A stretch of DNA of 64,000 nucleotides from Amphiscolops sp. MND2022 (lineage: Eukaryota): assembly GCA_964187785.1 (NCBI GenBank), contig OZ076409.1:93374001-93438000 (forward strand). Direction: 5' to 3'. A program made the translations under genes and the position numbers. The notes under the pieces were generated by a model. It had not been told where the DNA came from, made no database searches, and saw only the letters and a program-made list of their open reading frames with translations. Below, one piece after another: positions 63,788-64,000 of the stretch. Numbering within the stretch: position 1 is the first letter of the stretch; every line of letters begins with the position of its first letter.

Positions 63788-64000
63788 AAGGCATCAAGGC
63801 TTCGAATTGCCGCCAACAGGATTCGTCTTTATAGCCGCTTGATAAAAGTCGAATACAACCAACAGGTAAATGTTTAGGCAAAGTCAAAAAGGGCTGTTGC
63901 AAGTCTTTTTCCTTTTCTCTAGTGGTTAAAGGAATCCCTTGTTGACTTTTTCCGAAAAATTTTGTGTATGTTGTTGTGTAAATTTTTCATGTTTTTATAG

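Overview
AT-rich, repeat-dominated eukaryotic DNA, most likely from an invertebrate animal; I could not support any confident host gene. The centrepiece is a young 19.1 kb Ty3/gypsy LTR retrotransposon (19173-38266, minus strand) with ~2.17 kb TG..CA LTRs and a 5-bp TSD (ATGGA). Its gag frame opens inside the LTR, and pol (PR-RT-RH-IN) is reached by a -1 slippery site. The 8.5 kb between pol and the 3' LTR holds an antisense, 8-exon gene whose 7 GT-AG introns all join in frame, giving a ~1050 aa protein. That protein has an acidic/Pro-rich N-terminus, a BED-like C2H2 finger and a possibly hAT-transposase-derived remainder. The whole element (LTRs, introns, spacer, even pol linkers) carries about 68 copies of a strictly spaced GATG-N7-GATG motif. 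Together these suggest a self-encoded DNA-binding protein plus its cognate site array; this is a hypothesis. The flanks contain a solo LTR, a non-autonomous LTR element, a gag relic, Tc1 relics, several MITE families, Helentron/DINE-like repeats and a tRNA-derived SINE fragment. All counts and alignments were made by eye.
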